Below, in pieces: positions 48,623-58,923 of a stretch of DNA of 64,000 nt. The DNA lies in IMG/VR virus record IMGVR_UViG_3300035662_000013; one strand, given 5' to 3'. The notes below the pieces were generated by a model. That model saw only the letters and a list, made by a program, of their open reading frames with translations. It was not told the origin of the DNA and ran no database searches. The DNA comes from an uncultured virus (IMG/VR IMGVR_UViG_3300035662_000013) (taxonomy: Duplodnaviria; Heunggongvirae; Uroviricota; Caudoviricetes). The stretch's first letter is position 1; each line of letters starts with the position of its first letter. A program made the position numbers and the translations under genes.

Positions 48623-49227
48623 TATATTATATTTTTATTATATAAATTAATTATAGACTTTGCAATAGAATTAGCTAGTCTGTTATTGTATTCTTCATTT
48701 AGAAGTATTGATACGTCTTCTTTGTTGTCTTGGAATAACCATTCAATAAGAACTGCCGGACATTTAGCTTTTACTATTACAGTAAAGTTCTCTTCTATAT
48801 CCATGTCTTTATCTGACATATCAGTTCTTGCTTTTAATTCAGGAAAATCTGCTTTAAAATTAACCATTAATTCTTCTGCTACATCGTCTGATTTAGTATC
48901 TCCCTTTGTAGTGTATACGCTAAATCCCCTAGCATTCATCCATTCAGCACCACTTCCGGCAGCATTTGAATGCAAAGATATTAATACCTTCCTAGTTCCT
49001 GCTATATTGTTTGCCATCTCTGCTCTATTAGATAATCCTATCTCTTTGTTTGAAGCATTAGAAGACATAACTCTAAATCCATTATCATCCAATATATCTC
49101 CAATCAATATAATCATCTCTCTAGACCACTTATACTCTCTAAATCTTCCATCTGGACTACGCTTGCCAGGAGTTTCTTCTCCGTGAGCAGGATCCAATAT
49201 TACTACTAGTTCTTTTCTATTACTCAT
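48622..49227 (-). CDS. Endolysin, N-acetylmuramoyl-L-alanine amidase (Amidase_3)
   Basis: ILDPAHG, REY, SLHSNA and PAVLIE Zn/catalytic motifs. Confidence 0.92.
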   Translation of the reverse strand: MSNRKELVVILDPAHGEETPGKRSPDGRFREYKWSREMIILIGDILDDNGFRVMSSNASNKEIGLSNRAEMANNIAGTRKVLISLHSNAAGSGAEWMNARGFSVYTTKGDTKSDDVAEELMVNFKADFPELKARTDMSDKDMDIEENFTVIVKAKCPAVLIEWLFQDNKEDVSILLNEEYNNRLANSIAKSIINLYNKNII

Positions 49228-49840
49228 GTTTTATTACTATTGCGTCTGTAACTTTAATTAATTTGTTGGTATTATCTATAGTGTATCTTTCAACATCATG
49301 CTTCTTGTAGTCTAGTCTTAATAGCCTTTTGCACCAGTTGTCATACACATTCACATACTCCCTGGAAGTGTAAACGTTTAAAACCTGAGTATTGTTGACA
49401 GATAATTCACCAGAAAGTAAACTTTTTTCAATTTTTATCCTAACACTAGTCAATTCGTTGTAAACAAGGGTAGTGTCTACCTTAATTTCCACTGGAACCG
49501 GTATCAAAACCTCAACGGTGTCATGTATAACTGTAGTCACCCCAGTAGAGACGTCACCAGGCTTGTTTGGAGGCGTTTTGCGGGACTTTTTCAGAGAATC
49601 TATAGTATTTATCATCTCATTATTAGACTGTCTTAAATCGTCTCTATTCAAGCGTAGGACCCTGTTCTCTTCAAAGTATCCATTGGCTACATTCTGGAAT
49701 GCAACGGCATTGCTTTTATACCTCTCTTTATTAATCTTTTCCTCTTCGTACTTCTTCTGTATTATGCCATTATACACAAAAAGCGCACTACTAATCAATA
49801 GCAATGCGCCTGTTAGTATGGCTACATATTTGCCTTTCAT
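49220..49840 (-). CDS. Probable spanin-like lysis protein
   Basis: N-terminal TM helix plus coiled coil and a DTV motif. Lies between holin candidates and the amidase. Confidence 0.5.
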   Translation of the reverse strand: MKGKYVAILTGALLLISSALFVYNGIIQKKYEEEKINKERYKSNAVAFQNVANGYFEENRVLRLNRDDLRQSNNEMINTIDSLKKSRKTPPNKPGDVSTGVTTVIHDTVEVLIPVPVEIKVDTTLVYNELTSVRIKIEKSLLSGELSVNNTQVLNVYTSREYVNVYDNWCKRLLRLDYKKHDVERYTIDNTNKLIKVTDAIVIKHE

Positions 49841-49844
49841 ACTA

Positions 49845-50177
49845 TTATTTTTTTGTTTTTGTATTTTTTGCTAAATCAACCCTAAGGTCGGCTATAGAAG
49901 AAGATAACTTGTTTAGCGTTTCAAGTATCCTTAAGTGGTCTTCTCTATTATCCATCTTGTCTGATTGCATCATATCCTTTATCTCCTTTATCTCTAGCTT
50001 ATTAACCATCTTATGATCTTCCATATCGCGTCTAATTGCAAGAACGTCTTTTATTATCTCAGCGATTCTTACGTTGAAGTTAGTATATATAGTGGCAAGT
50101 CCTCCAAGCCATGTAACGAGTAACACTCCTAGTGTTATTAAATCTTTAGTCTCCATCAATTCTAATATGGTGTTCAT
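49845..50177 (-). CDS. Membrane-anchored coiled-coil protein (holin/antiholin-like)
   Basis: Single N-terminal TM helix followed by a charged coiled coil, in the lysis cassette. Confidence 0.5.
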   Translation of the reverse strand: MNTILELMETKDLITLGVLLVTWLGGLATIYTNFNVRIAEIIKDVLAIRRDMEDHKMVNKLEIKEIKDMMQSDKMDNREDHLRILETLNKLSSSIADLRVDLAKNTKTKK

Positions 50178-50446
50178 TGTATGTTAGTATTTGTAGTATC
50201 TTTTGTTGGCTTTAATCTTTTTGTGACTAATAATGATGTACCGAGTGTAGCCAGCCCTAGGCTTTGTAGCATTGCGTCTCCAGAGTTTCCGTATTTTAAA
50301 TATCCAAGCACTCCAAAGCAGAAGCATATTGAACCTACTAGAACTAGCCATAGTCCTGCAACAGCAGTAGCACTAGTTTTTCCGTTTTGACTAGATAGCA
50401 TTTGTGGGATACTAATTTCATTTATATCTACCTTGTTCATATGCAT
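50174..50446 (-). CDS. Putative holin
   Basis: Two TM helices and a basic C-terminus, in the lysis cassette. Confidence 0.55.
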   Translation of the reverse strand: MHMNKVDINEISIPQMLSSQNGKTSATAVAGLWLVLVGSICFCFGVLGYLKYGNSGDAMLQSLGLATLGTSLLVTKRLKPTKDTTNTNIQ

Positions 50447-50457
50447 TATTATATATA

Positions 50458-52725
50458 TTATTTTATATTAAATTCTAATGCTGTTAGACGTGCTTCAATA
50501 CCAGCTGCAATAAAAGCTAAAAGTTCAGTATATCTAAATGAATAACTATTACCTGCAACTGTAATTTGTTCTTGATGGGATACTTCTTCTACTGCTGGAA
50601 CTTCAGGATGATTAATTACAATGGGATTGCCTTCGTCATCTGTTCCAATTTCTTCAGAATAAGCAGCTTGATATTCTTCTGCTTGAACATCAATTACAGT
50701 TTTAAATTCATCTTGCCATTCATCATAACATATAAAACCATAATCAAAAGGATCAAGATTATTAGCTGTCATAATTTCAATTGCTCGTTGAACAGTCATA
50801 CCTATATGTTTACGAGCTTTATCACCTTTTTCGGCAATTGCTGATAACCATTTATATGTTCCCATTTCTTTAGACAATTGCTTAGCGGCATTAAGTTCAT
50901 CTTGTGTTAATGCAGATATTATGGTTTTCTTTCTACTATCTGAAGCATTTATAGAACTATCTATAGCCCAAACGTCTTTCCAAGCATTGAAGCTACTACC
51001 TAAAGAATAAAAATTATTAATATTAGGTTTTAAACTTGAATTAAAATAAACAGAATTATCTTTGTTTTGTTCTATGTAACCATCTATATTAATAATAGGA
51101 TAATTATTAGCTGTATTTCTTATAATAGTTACAGTAACATTATTATCATAATTAACTTTGTAATCAGTTGATATATTAGAAACTACACTACCAACATTTA
51201 TGGTATGTACATTATATAAACTTCCAATAGCTCCTGTTTCAACAACACCGTTTACGGCATAATCTACAGTCGTTACAGTAAAAGGAGATGTAGGTAATGT
51301 TTGTGTTACTCTAATTGTATCTCCTATATTCAACGTATCTGCATTACTAGTATTTATAACTTTTATCGCAGTAGGGTCTTGCGCATCCCGCTCTATAGGA
51401 TTCCACGGACCTTGTGTTATTACACTGTTTGTAGGTATTACAAATGATTCATCTGAATTGTTAGTCGTATTATTGTAAGTACTTATTATATTTAATGTAT
51501 ATACATCATCTGTCCCATCATAAGATATGGAATTATATGTTAATTCTCTATTTCCAATATAAATATCATCTGTTGTATTATTTGCGGTTATAGCTCTAAA
51601 TAAAGAGTCTGCTCCACTTATGACAAGTGTTCCTGTTCCATTTGTTATTGTACATTCTATAAATGGAGTAGAATTAGGTGTGTGTACATGATTTAATACA
51701 GTTGGTGCGTTTAATTTGCTATTTAAACTATCAGCAAATACCTTACCTTTTAAATGTGTTTCAATAATCGAATCATTACCTAAAACAACTGTATTATTAC
51801 CTTTACCTATAGCAGTTTTACCTATAACTATTTCATTAATACTATTTTCAGATTTTGATTTAGTTTCTCTACCTATAAAAATAGAATCATTAGATTGGTT
51901 TAAACCATTAGAATCCCCGTTTGTCATTTTTCCAGCATGTTCACCTATAGCTATATTATATAATGAACTTTCACTATTAACTGATAGTTGTCTTAAAGCT
52001 TGATTTCCAATAGCAACATTACTATTAGTATTTCTATAACTAAATCCTAAAGCATCAGCACCTAAAGCTATATTTGCATTACCTGTTTCATTATATCTCA
52101 TAACTCCCCAACCTAATGCTATATTTTGTTTACCTGTAGTATTATTAGACATACCTAAATATCCTAATACTATATTTCCAAAATTATTACCACCTATTGC
52201 ATTAGTTATATCATTTTTTGTAAGTAAAGAATTATAACCTATAGCTATATTTTCACCATATTGTGAAAGTAAATTTCTTTTTACAAACTCTGTAGTTGCA
52301 ACTTTAGTTGATACATCAGATAATAATTGAGTATCAGTAGTAACCCCACCAATAAGACCAGCTAAAGATATTGATTTTGTAGATATTATTGTTAAATCTT
52401 TTATTGTTTCAATTCCAGCATCAACGGTTACACTACCAGTAAATGTTGGGTTAGCTAGCGGGGCATAATTATTTGCTCCTCCGGCTGGATTTGCTATAGG
52501 TGCGCGTGATGTAGATAGGCCTGTTATTTTATCGTCAAGAACCTTCCCTTGTCTTCCATCTAACACGTATCCTTCAGTAGTGGTAGTTAAATTATTGGCA
52601 GATTTAACTAAGTTGCTGTATTTTATTTTGCTAGTTCTTGAGCTAGCTCCATCAATAACAGGTGCATACGTCGTACTCGATGTTGATGTTATTTCTGGTA
52701 GGTCTTGTATTTTTACGTAATTCAT
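50458..52725 (-). CDS. Tail fibre with C-terminal intramolecular chaperone (Peptidase S74)
   Basis: NIAIG/NIALG YadA-like repeats, SDSRKK autocleavage motif, HIGMTVQ, and YSFRYTEL followed by a coiled coil. Confidence 0.85.
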   Translation of the reverse strand: MNYVKIQDLPEITSTSSTTYAPVIDGASSRTSKIKYSNLVKSANNLTTTTEGYVLDGRQGKVLDDKITGLSTSRAPIANPAGGANNYAPLANPTFTGSVTVDAGIETIKDLTIISTKSISLAGLIGGVTTDTQLLSDVSTKVATTEFVKRNLLSQYGENIAIGYNSLLTKNDITNAIGGNNFGNIVLGYLGMSNNTTGKQNIALGWGVMRYNETGNANIALGADALGFSYRNTNSNVAIGNQALRQLSVNSESSLYNIAIGEHAGKMTNGDSNGLNQSNDSIFIGRETKSKSENSINEIVIGKTAIGKGNNTVVLGNDSIIETHLKGKVFADSLNSKLNAPTVLNHVHTPNSTPFIECTITNGTGTLVISGADSLFRAITANNTTDDIYIGNRELTYNSISYDGTDDVYTLNIISTYNNTTNNSDESFVIPTNSVITQGPWNPIERDAQDPTAIKVINTSNADTLNIGDTIRVTQTLPTSPFTVTTVDYAVNGVVETGAIGSLYNVHTINVGSVVSNISTDYKVNYDNNVTVTIIRNTANNYPIINIDGYIEQNKDNSVYFNSSLKPNINNFYSLGSSFNAWKDVWAIDSSINASDSRKKTIISALTQDELNAAKQLSKEMGTYKWLSAIAEKGDKARKHIGMTVQRAIEIMTANNLDPFDYGFICYDEWQDEFKTVIDVQAEEYQAAYSEEIGTDDEGNPIVINHPEVPAVEEVSHQEQITVAGNSYSFRYTELLAFIAAGIEARLTALEFNIK

Positions 52726-52726
52726 A

Positions 52727-53041
52727 TTATAATTGTAAAATGTTGTTATTGCTGGTTAATAAGATATTGTATTCATCTGTGTAAAATACTGCTTCTTCTG
52801 AGTATTTGATTGGCGTTATGTCTATATTTTTTATTAGATTGTGCTTTGTATTTTTACTTAATCCTACTAGTTTTATGTCGCTGTATAATCCAGCATATTC
52901 TCTAGTTTTGTCAAGTACCTTTGATACGTCAATAAGAAGTATTATGTTTGATGCATCTGAAATCTTATATCTTGAATTGAATTTGATATTATCTAATGCC
53001 TCAATGCTCATCGTGATTGTATTTTCTTTTGAATTTTTCAT
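52727..53041 (-). CDS. Hypothetical protein
   Basis: 104-aa ORF tightly packed in the structural operon. Confidence 0.6.
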   Translation of the reverse strand: MKNSKENTITMSIEALDNIKFNSRYKISDASNIILLIDVSKVLDKTREYAGLYSDIKLVGLSKNTKHNLIKNIDITPIKYSEEAVFYTDEYNILLTSNNNILQL

Positions 53042-53045
53042 CTTA

Positions 53046-53567
53046 TTATCTAGGATTAAATGTTATATATATCTTTTTCATTTCCAAATAAAACAATGTA
53101 GCATCCTCTATATAACCAAGACTTATTGCGTTAAGCATGGCAGATTCAAGAAATAAAAATCTAAGCATTCTTTTTGTATTCAAATCATTCATCTCAGATT
53201 TGTAGATGTCTAATTTGTATGAATAAAATTCATTATCATTATAGATATATGATATGTAGGTTTCTCCGTCTATTGTAACATCAACCTCTATTATACCACT
53301 AACTTCGAAGTCTTGATAATCTACATCGTCTTTAGCAATGTCGCTTTCTATATCTATTGATATAAGAAGAGTGTCATTACTGGTGCTGTCGATATAGGTT
53401 GTTGGCGTTACGGTATACGTCTCCTCTGAATTAGAATAAGATTTTTTAATCTTAACCATATCAACCCTATCTATAAAATTCTCAGATATTTCAGTATTAG
53501 TATCTTTTAACTGGATATATATCAACCCAGACTCGTATGAGTATTTTGTGTTTTCTAAAATTACCAT
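53046..53567 (-). CDS. Hypothetical structural protein (possible tail hub/adaptor)
   Basis: 173 aa with beta-rich N-terminus and helical C-terminus (AISLGYIEDA..FY). Located after the auxiliary capsid gene. Confidence 0.45.
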   Translation of the reverse strand: MVILENTKYSYESGLIYIQLKDTNTEISENFIDRVDMVKIKKSYSNSEETYTVTPTTYIDSTSNDTLLISIDIESDIAKDDVDYQDFEVSGIIEVDVTIDGETYISYIYNDNEFYSYKLDIYKSEMNDLNTKRMLRFLFLESAMLNAISLGYIEDATLFYLEMKKIYITFNPR

Positions 53568-53580
53568 AACTAATGTGTTT

Positions 53581-53606
53581 AAAAAGAAACAGGGCCGAAG
53601 CCCTGT
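53581..53606 (-). terminator. Intrinsic terminator
   Basis: Minus strand ACAGGGC-TTCG-GCCCTGT-TTCTTTTT with a cUUCGg loop, just after the 333-aa gene. Confidence 0.9.
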
Positions 53607-53615
53607 CCTTTAATA

Positions 53616-54617
53616 TTAAGCTTCTTCTAAAGCGGTTATTCTAGCATCAATACCAGAATCCAACCATACTTCTAATGCAGCATTTAAATCTGTAGCTTTT
53701 GAGCCAGACGATGCATCGTTCTGTACATAGATTTCAGCAGCTAAATCTGTTGATTTAACATATTGATTATCTGGAGATTGATAAGACTTAGCATATTCTA
53801 TAACCAATTCGTCATATGATTTAGACAGGTCTACTGTTAATTCAGGTTTGATGATTGGCCAAGTTGTACGGAAAGTAATTCCTTTGTATCCAAGAGCAGC
53901 TTGTTCACGGTCTCTAACTACGAAAGCATTTCCTTTGCCAGGCTTGCTAGCTGTAGTAGCAACTGTAACTCCAGTTGCTGTATATGCAGAAGATCCAAGT
54001 CCACCGGCTGGATTACTAGAATACACAAACACTTTCATCTGAACTTGAGAATAAGGAGTAATTGCTTCTTTTGTAGCGATTCCAGCTTCTGGGCCATCAA
54101 CAACTTTTGCAGTCAATGTTAATTGGTCTGGAGATGCGCTATAAGATGCGGTAACACGAGCTCCTTTATGAGCATTTATAATGGTCTCGAATGCAGTAGC
54201 AAGAGTGTCTACGTTTGTAGAGGTTGCGATATGCTCATAAGTATGAGTAAATTGTCCTGGATGTTCGTAAAGATCTGTATATACAATACGGATAACATAA
54301 CGATGTCCAACTGTAATTGAAGCGGCGGTAAAGTCAAGTACTGAACTAGCTTCTGTTTTTGCAACATTGGCAGTATATACTTTGCTTGTTAATCCTTTTT
54401 TAGTGATTATACCTGTTTTTACGATTGTAGCGTTTACATCGGCTGAACCAACAGCTTTAACATAACCTAATTGGATGTTTTCGTAGTCAGCAGCATCTGC
54501 GATTGCAACAGGAGCGCCTGTAGCGGCATTTACCAATACAACGTCACCAACAACTAATGTAGAACCAGCAGCGTTAACTTTCTTTCCAACGAATACTGTA
54601 TTTGGTTTTTGTAACAT
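53616..54617 (-). CDS. Auxiliary capsid (stabilising) protein, crAss-like
   Basis: GHRYVIRIVY.D.YEHPGQFTHTYE, GKG....VRDRE..ALGYKG and Y.SPDNQYVK motifs. Biased codon use and its own terminator suggest high expression. Confidence 0.7.
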   Translation of the reverse strand: MLQKPNTVFVGKKVNAAGSTLVVGDVVLVNAATGAPVAIADAADYENIQLGYVKAVGSADVNATIVKTGIITKKGLTSKVYTANVAKTEASSVLDFTAASITVGHRYVIRIVYTDLYEHPGQFTHTYEHIATSTNVDTLATAFETIINAHKGARVTASYSASPDQLTLTAKVVDGPEAGIATKEAITPYSQVQMKVFVYSSNPAGGLGSSAYTATGVTVATTASKPGKGNAFVVRDREQAALGYKGITFRTTWPIIKPELTVDLSKSYDELVIEYAKSYQSPDNQYVKSTDLAAEIYVQNDASSGSKATDLNAALEVWLDSGIDARITALEEA

Positions 54618-54727
54618 AATTTTTGTTTTTTATTTAATTAATATTTAGTCGACTCAGTTTATTAATTAATCGTTTAGTTCTTCTACTTTCTTATTTCAGA
54701 TTTCCTCGTCGATACTAAACTGAGTTT

Positions 54728-55453
54728 TTACCCAATTGCTTGGGTCTCTGCTGAATAGGTTTGATACCTTGAATCAGCAATATTTTCTATAGCCGCCTTA
54801 GTGGCCATTGAAATAATCTCATCCCATGCGTGATCTGGAACAGATATTAGCTGGTAAGTATTCTTGTCATTGACTTGAGAATGCCAATCAACCTCTACTG
54901 GGCTTGAGATGTAATTTATAACATACTTATCTATAGAGTAATTCCCATCTGTAAATAAGTATATCTTGCTATTCATGTAGACACGTATTGGTCTAGCATA
55001 TGAATGGTTTAATTTGTGTTCGGATAAACTATTATTTAGAGTAGAATCTAAGTTTTCTATGGTTCTTTCAAACACATCAACCTTTCTAGGTATTGCTACA
55101 TTCAAACTGGTTTTAGGCCATTCTGAATCAGTTGACGTTATATAAGCAGATTCTCCAACTCCAATCCAATAGTCAGACGGATAGTCTGCTATGTATTGAT
55201 TGCCAGATACAGTCATTGATGCTTTTAATATCTCAGCAGTCTTGACAACCTTTCTGAAGTCATCACTCTTGAGTTGATTTTGCTGAAATGAACCTCCAAC
55301 AGCACTAACCCCAGAGTATTTCCTTTTATAAAAACGCTTAATAGCTGTGTTTATAAAGTAATCTATCTCTTCAGGAAGAAAAGATGGATATCCAGATACA
55401 TTAGACTTATCTAACTCTAATTTTATATATAAGTGCAGTTGTGATAATGTCAT
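54728..55453 (-). CDS. Conserved crAss virion ring protein
   Basis: ELDK...PSFLPEEIDYFIN.A motif. Second gene after the MCP. Confidence 0.7.
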   Translation of the reverse strand: MTLSQLHLYIKLELDKSNVSGYPSFLPEEIDYFINTAIKRFYKRKYSGVSAVGGSFQQNQLKSDDFRKVVKTAEILKASMTVSGNQYIADYPSDYWIGVGESAYITSTDSEWPKTSLNVAIPRKVDVFERTIENLDSTLNNSLSEHKLNHSYARPIRVYMNSKIYLFTDGNYSIDKYVINYISSPVEVDWHSQVNDKNTYQLISVPDHAWDEIISMATKAAIENIADSRYQTYSAETQAIG

Positions 55454-56205
55454 TATTTACTTTCTAAATCGTTCATAATTGCAAGTTTTAGGTCTTGATT
55501 CTTTTTATCATTTAAATGAACAATGGTATCATCCATAGAATTTCCTATAACTTCCGTTCCGTAATAGTATATATTTCTAGAGCGCCTGATTATATTTTTA
55601 GATATAGCAGCCTCGATTATATACTCTGTTTCTTTTGTTTTGTTGTCTACCCATTTAGCAAAGAATTTATCAGGTTCTTTCTCTACGAAGTCATAAGTTC
55701 TATTCTCTATGAGTTCATTAGATAATCCATCTGATTTAATACCAAGTAGTCGTAAACATTTTCTCATGTCATTGATAGACATTTTATCAAACTCTTTAAT
55801 AGCCTCTCTTCGTCTACGAGAAGATTTGTTAGCTTCTTGAGCTTCAATTTCTTTATTTATAAGAACCCATGTAGCTCCTGGATTTGAATCGCTAATGCTA
55901 TTCGCAACCTTGCTATGATTCTTTAAAAACAAATATTGCAATTCATCCCACGGCATTTCAGTGTTAAGGACTAATTCTTTATTTGTTATCTTAACAGCGA
56001 ACGTATTCCAATATTTACTATATGGAAGTAATGTTCCAGGTGTTAAGTGAAGTGCTGCTTCAAGTCTTTCAGAGTCTTCTTTCTCTAATCCAGTATGTGC
56101 ATTTCCAGATCTAGATAATAGTGGACTAATATAGTCAAAGCATCCTTTATATTTTGTAACGCCAGCCCATGGGTCTTTGCGTTTGTGTCTAAGTGTTACT
56201 ATCAT
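55453..56205 (-). CDS. Conserved crAss protein downstream of MCP
   Basis: TGL..ED..RLE..L, P.DELQYLFL..H..VA and MS..DMRKCLRL.G motifs, plus synteny. Confidence 0.7.
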   Translation of the reverse strand: MIVTLRHKRKDPWAGVTKYKGCFDYISPLLSRSGNAHTGLEKEDSERLEAALHLTPGTLLPYSKYWNTFAVKITNKELVLNTEMPWDELQYLFLKNHSKVANSISDSNPGATWVLINKEIEAQEANKSSRRRREAIKEFDKMSINDMRKCLRLLGIKSDGLSNELIENRTYDFVEKEPDKFFAKWVDNKTKETEYIIEAAISKNIIRRSRNIYYYGTEVIGNSMDDTIVHLNDKKNQDLKLAIMNDLESK

Positions 56206-56239
56206 TTATATTTTATTTATAAGATTAGTTTTACATAAG

Positions 56240-56288
56240 ATGGCAATATGCCATATTGTAATATGCGGCAGAACCAACCACCGCATAT
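56240..56288 (-). promoter_or_regulatory. Tandem hairpins 3' of MCP (mRNA stabiliser or attenuator)
   Basis: ATATGCGG...CCGCATAT (56261-56288) and ATGGCA-ATA-TGCCAT (56240-56254), with no strong U-tract. Confidence 0.5.
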
Positions 56289-56300
56289 ATATTTTATTTA

Positions 56301-57776
56301 TTACTCTGCAATGTCCATGATTAACTCACCGCAAGCGCGTGGGTCACGTACCATGATACCGCATTCACCTAAGAAGTGTACAGAATATCCGTCTTTAGCG
56401 TTAGAGCGTAAAGTACTGATAGACTTAGCGTATCCAGCTCCAGGGGTTACAGAACCACCAGTATGCCAGATAGACAACTCACGTTCTTTACGTACAACTT
56501 TTACGATGTTGGCTTCACCATCACGGGTTCCAAAATCTAAGAAAGTGAAACGATAAGACTCAAGTGGTTTACCAGTAACTGGATGTAACTTACGGTTGTG
56601 GATAATATCGTCATACAAAGGCATATGGCGAACTGTAAGCTCAATACCATTAGTCATTCTGTATGTGGTAAATTGACCACCAAGGATTAACTGTTGTCCA
56701 GCGCCTGTAATGAATTTAGAGTCAACAACTGTATAAGCTGCAACTTTTTCTTTCAATACACGGTCGAACTCACGCATACCCATCTCGCCAGTGAAGGCTA
56801 CGAATTTACGTTCAGAAGCACCCAACATATTATAAGACATATCAAATAAGAAGTCTTCAAGTAAGTCTGCGCTCAACTGAGTATAGTAACGACGGTTAGC
56901 AGGAGCAATCTGTTGTAACAATCCGGCGCCAATATAAACTGGACGTCCGTTTGTACCCATAAGGTCTGTAGTACCATCTGAATTAGCATTGTATTTAGAA
57001 TATACTAATTGACGTTCCATACGTTTGTTCCACTCACGCATGGCTTTCCATTCCTGGAAGTCAGACCACAAGTAAGTAGTTTTTCCTGATTTAGGATCTT
57101 TCAAACCAACTGCTAATACAGTGCTGTATGCAGAACCGGTGATGTCATAAGACAAACGGTGAGTAGTCAAGTGGTTTTTCAACTCAATATGAGTATTGTA
57201 GTTGATGATATCTGCTTCTTCAGAATACTCTTCGTATGCAGAACCAAGACGAGATACTTGACATCCGGCTTGTAAATATTGATAAGGAACATAAGAATCG
57301 GCTTGACCGTCAGCAATAAAGCAAGTGTAAACCCACTCGTTGCCATCCTGATAAGGAGTGCCGGCTACGCGTAATTGATATTCTTTGTCGTCAAGTTCGA
57401 TTATAGCACCTGGACCAAACCATTTATCTTCAACAGATAGCATGATAGGAGTGTTGCCAAGACCTGCCTTAGAATTTGAATCTACTGCAGCACCATTCCA
57501 TTTCGCAGAGCGAATTGTTACAGCACGGTCTGAATCGATCATAACTTTCCAACGATATTCGCGTTGGTCGATAGTCATTTTTTTGCCCATACCTCCTGTT
57601 AAGAAGTCAAGTACAGAGCTGTACCCCTGATCCATTGCACCAAACACGTAGGATACTACGCCGGCAACTTCATGAGGTTTTGTAAGTAATGCATTGGCTA
57701 ACATATTCTCATCCACAAGGTCAGAGAACCATTTTCCTTTATACATTACCAAGTCATTAAGAATTGAATTTTCCAT
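56301..57776 (-). CDS. Major capsid protein, crAss-like
   Basis: 491 aa with GKWFSDLVDEN, SAYEEYSEE, RPVYIGAGLLQQI, FTGEMGMREFDR and DGYSVHFLGE.G motifs. Strongly biased codons. Confidence 0.92.
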   Translation of the reverse strand: MENSILNDLVMYKGKWFSDLVDENMLANALLTKPHEVAGVVSYVFGAMDQGYSSVLDFLTGGMGKKMTIDQREYRWKVMIDSDRAVTIRSAKWNGAAVDSNSKAGLGNTPIMLSVEDKWFGPGAIIELDDKEYQLRVAGTPYQDGNEWVYTCFIADGQADSYVPYQYLQAGCQVSRLGSAYEEYSEEADIINYNTHIELKNHLTTHRLSYDITGSAYSTVLAVGLKDPKSGKTTYLWSDFQEWKAMREWNKRMERQLVYSKYNANSDGTTDLMGTNGRPVYIGAGLLQQIAPANRRYYTQLSADLLEDFLFDMSYNMLGASERKFVAFTGEMGMREFDRVLKEKVAAYTVVDSKFITGAGQQLILGGQFTTYRMTNGIELTVRHMPLYDDIIHNRKLHPVTGKPLESYRFTFLDFGTRDGEANIVKVVRKERELSIWHTGGSVTPGAGYAKSISTLRSNAKDGYSVHFLGECGIMVRDPRACGELIMDIAE

Positions 57777-57807
57777 ATAAAACTGATTAATTAATTGGCC
57801 AATTATA

Positions 57808-58905
57808 TTATGCCAGTAGTGATTTTGAGGCTAAGGTCCATAGTGGTGCACTAGCTCCGGTACTTATTGGCTGTTTAGACTTTCCAAGCCCAGTCGTCTT
57901 TATCGCCTGTCTGAATTTATCAGTGGCGGTTGTTTCTCCACTTTTTTTCGCGGAGTTTAATAGTGAGTCGCCCTTCATAGTGAAGTATGCGGACTCTATT
58001 AAGTTTTTAGTAGATTTGGCGTAGTCCTTTTGATATTTAGTTCTACCGTCAGATTCTACATTAAATAGATAATTGGTCAAGGCTTTTTTATCTTCTTTTG
58101 GTATTTTAATACCGCGAACATTGTCCATAGCCTCTATTTCACTCATAACGGTGTCAACAAACTTTTGTTGTTCCTGTTCTGCGAGAGCTCTACTTTTCTT
58201 CTGTTCTTCTAATAGCGTTTTCTTGTCTTCTTGAGCCATCTCTTTTAGAGACTCAATTGCGTCTTTTGCCTCGTCTTCTAGAATTTCAGCATCTTCATAC
58301 TTCTCTAGCTTTCTTGATATTTGAGCTTCCGAGAAACCTTTCTTTGATAAGAATTCGCTAACTACTCGTTTTTGCATATACTCATTAGATGTGTCTATGT
58401 TATCATAGTCGAATTCACCGGAAGCCTTGATAAAGTCCTCCATCTTTCCACCGTTTCTAACGAATTCATCAAGAGCTGCTACATCATCATTAGCGTATTG
58501 AGGTTTTGAGTTCTCAGATATAACGTCCTTAAAGTATTCTATAAGCTCCTCTGGAGTCTTTGGTTTTGCCTCAGCGTCAATATCTTCCCACCCAGCAGCC
58601 TCTGCTATCGCATCAAAGAATAAAGCAGTAGCCTCATCTCCTGTTTCAGCAGGCTCATCTTCTTCTGTAGATATCTTTTCTTCTGGTTCATCATCGTCAT
58701 CCTTGTCTGGCTCTATATCCAAATCATCCGGAGTCATATCTGGCTCATCACCTGATGGAAGCCTATCTAGCTTTTCGCTATATTTAACATTTCCATTCTC
58801 ATCTATCTCTGGCTCGTTTCCTCCGCCTAATACTTTCTCTGGGTCAATACCTTCGTTCGATATCTCTTCGAATATGGCAGAAAATCCATTTAGTGTATCT
58901 TTCAT
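57808..58905 (-). CDS. Acidic scaffold-like protein
   Basis: D/E-rich N-terminus, helical C-terminus, located between portal and MCP. Confidence 0.65.
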   Translation of the reverse strand: MKDTLNGFSAIFEEISNEGIDPEKVLGGGNEPEIDENGNVKYSEKLDRLPSGDEPDMTPDDLDIEPDKDDDDEPEEKISTEEDEPAETGDEATALFFDAIAEAAGWEDIDAEAKPKTPEELIEYFKDVISENSKPQYANDDVAALDEFVRNGGKMEDFIKASGEFDYDNIDTSNEYMQKRVVSEFLSKKGFSEAQISRKLEKYEDAEILEDEAKDAIESLKEMAQEDKKTLLEEQKKSRALAEQEQQKFVDTVMSEIEAMDNVRGIKIPKEDKKALTNYLFNVESDGRTKYQKDYAKSTKNLIESAYFTMKGDSLLNSAKKSGETTATDKFRQAIKTTGLGKSKQPISTGASAPLWTLASKSLLA

Positions 58906-58923
58906 AATTTAATCTATTTAAAT

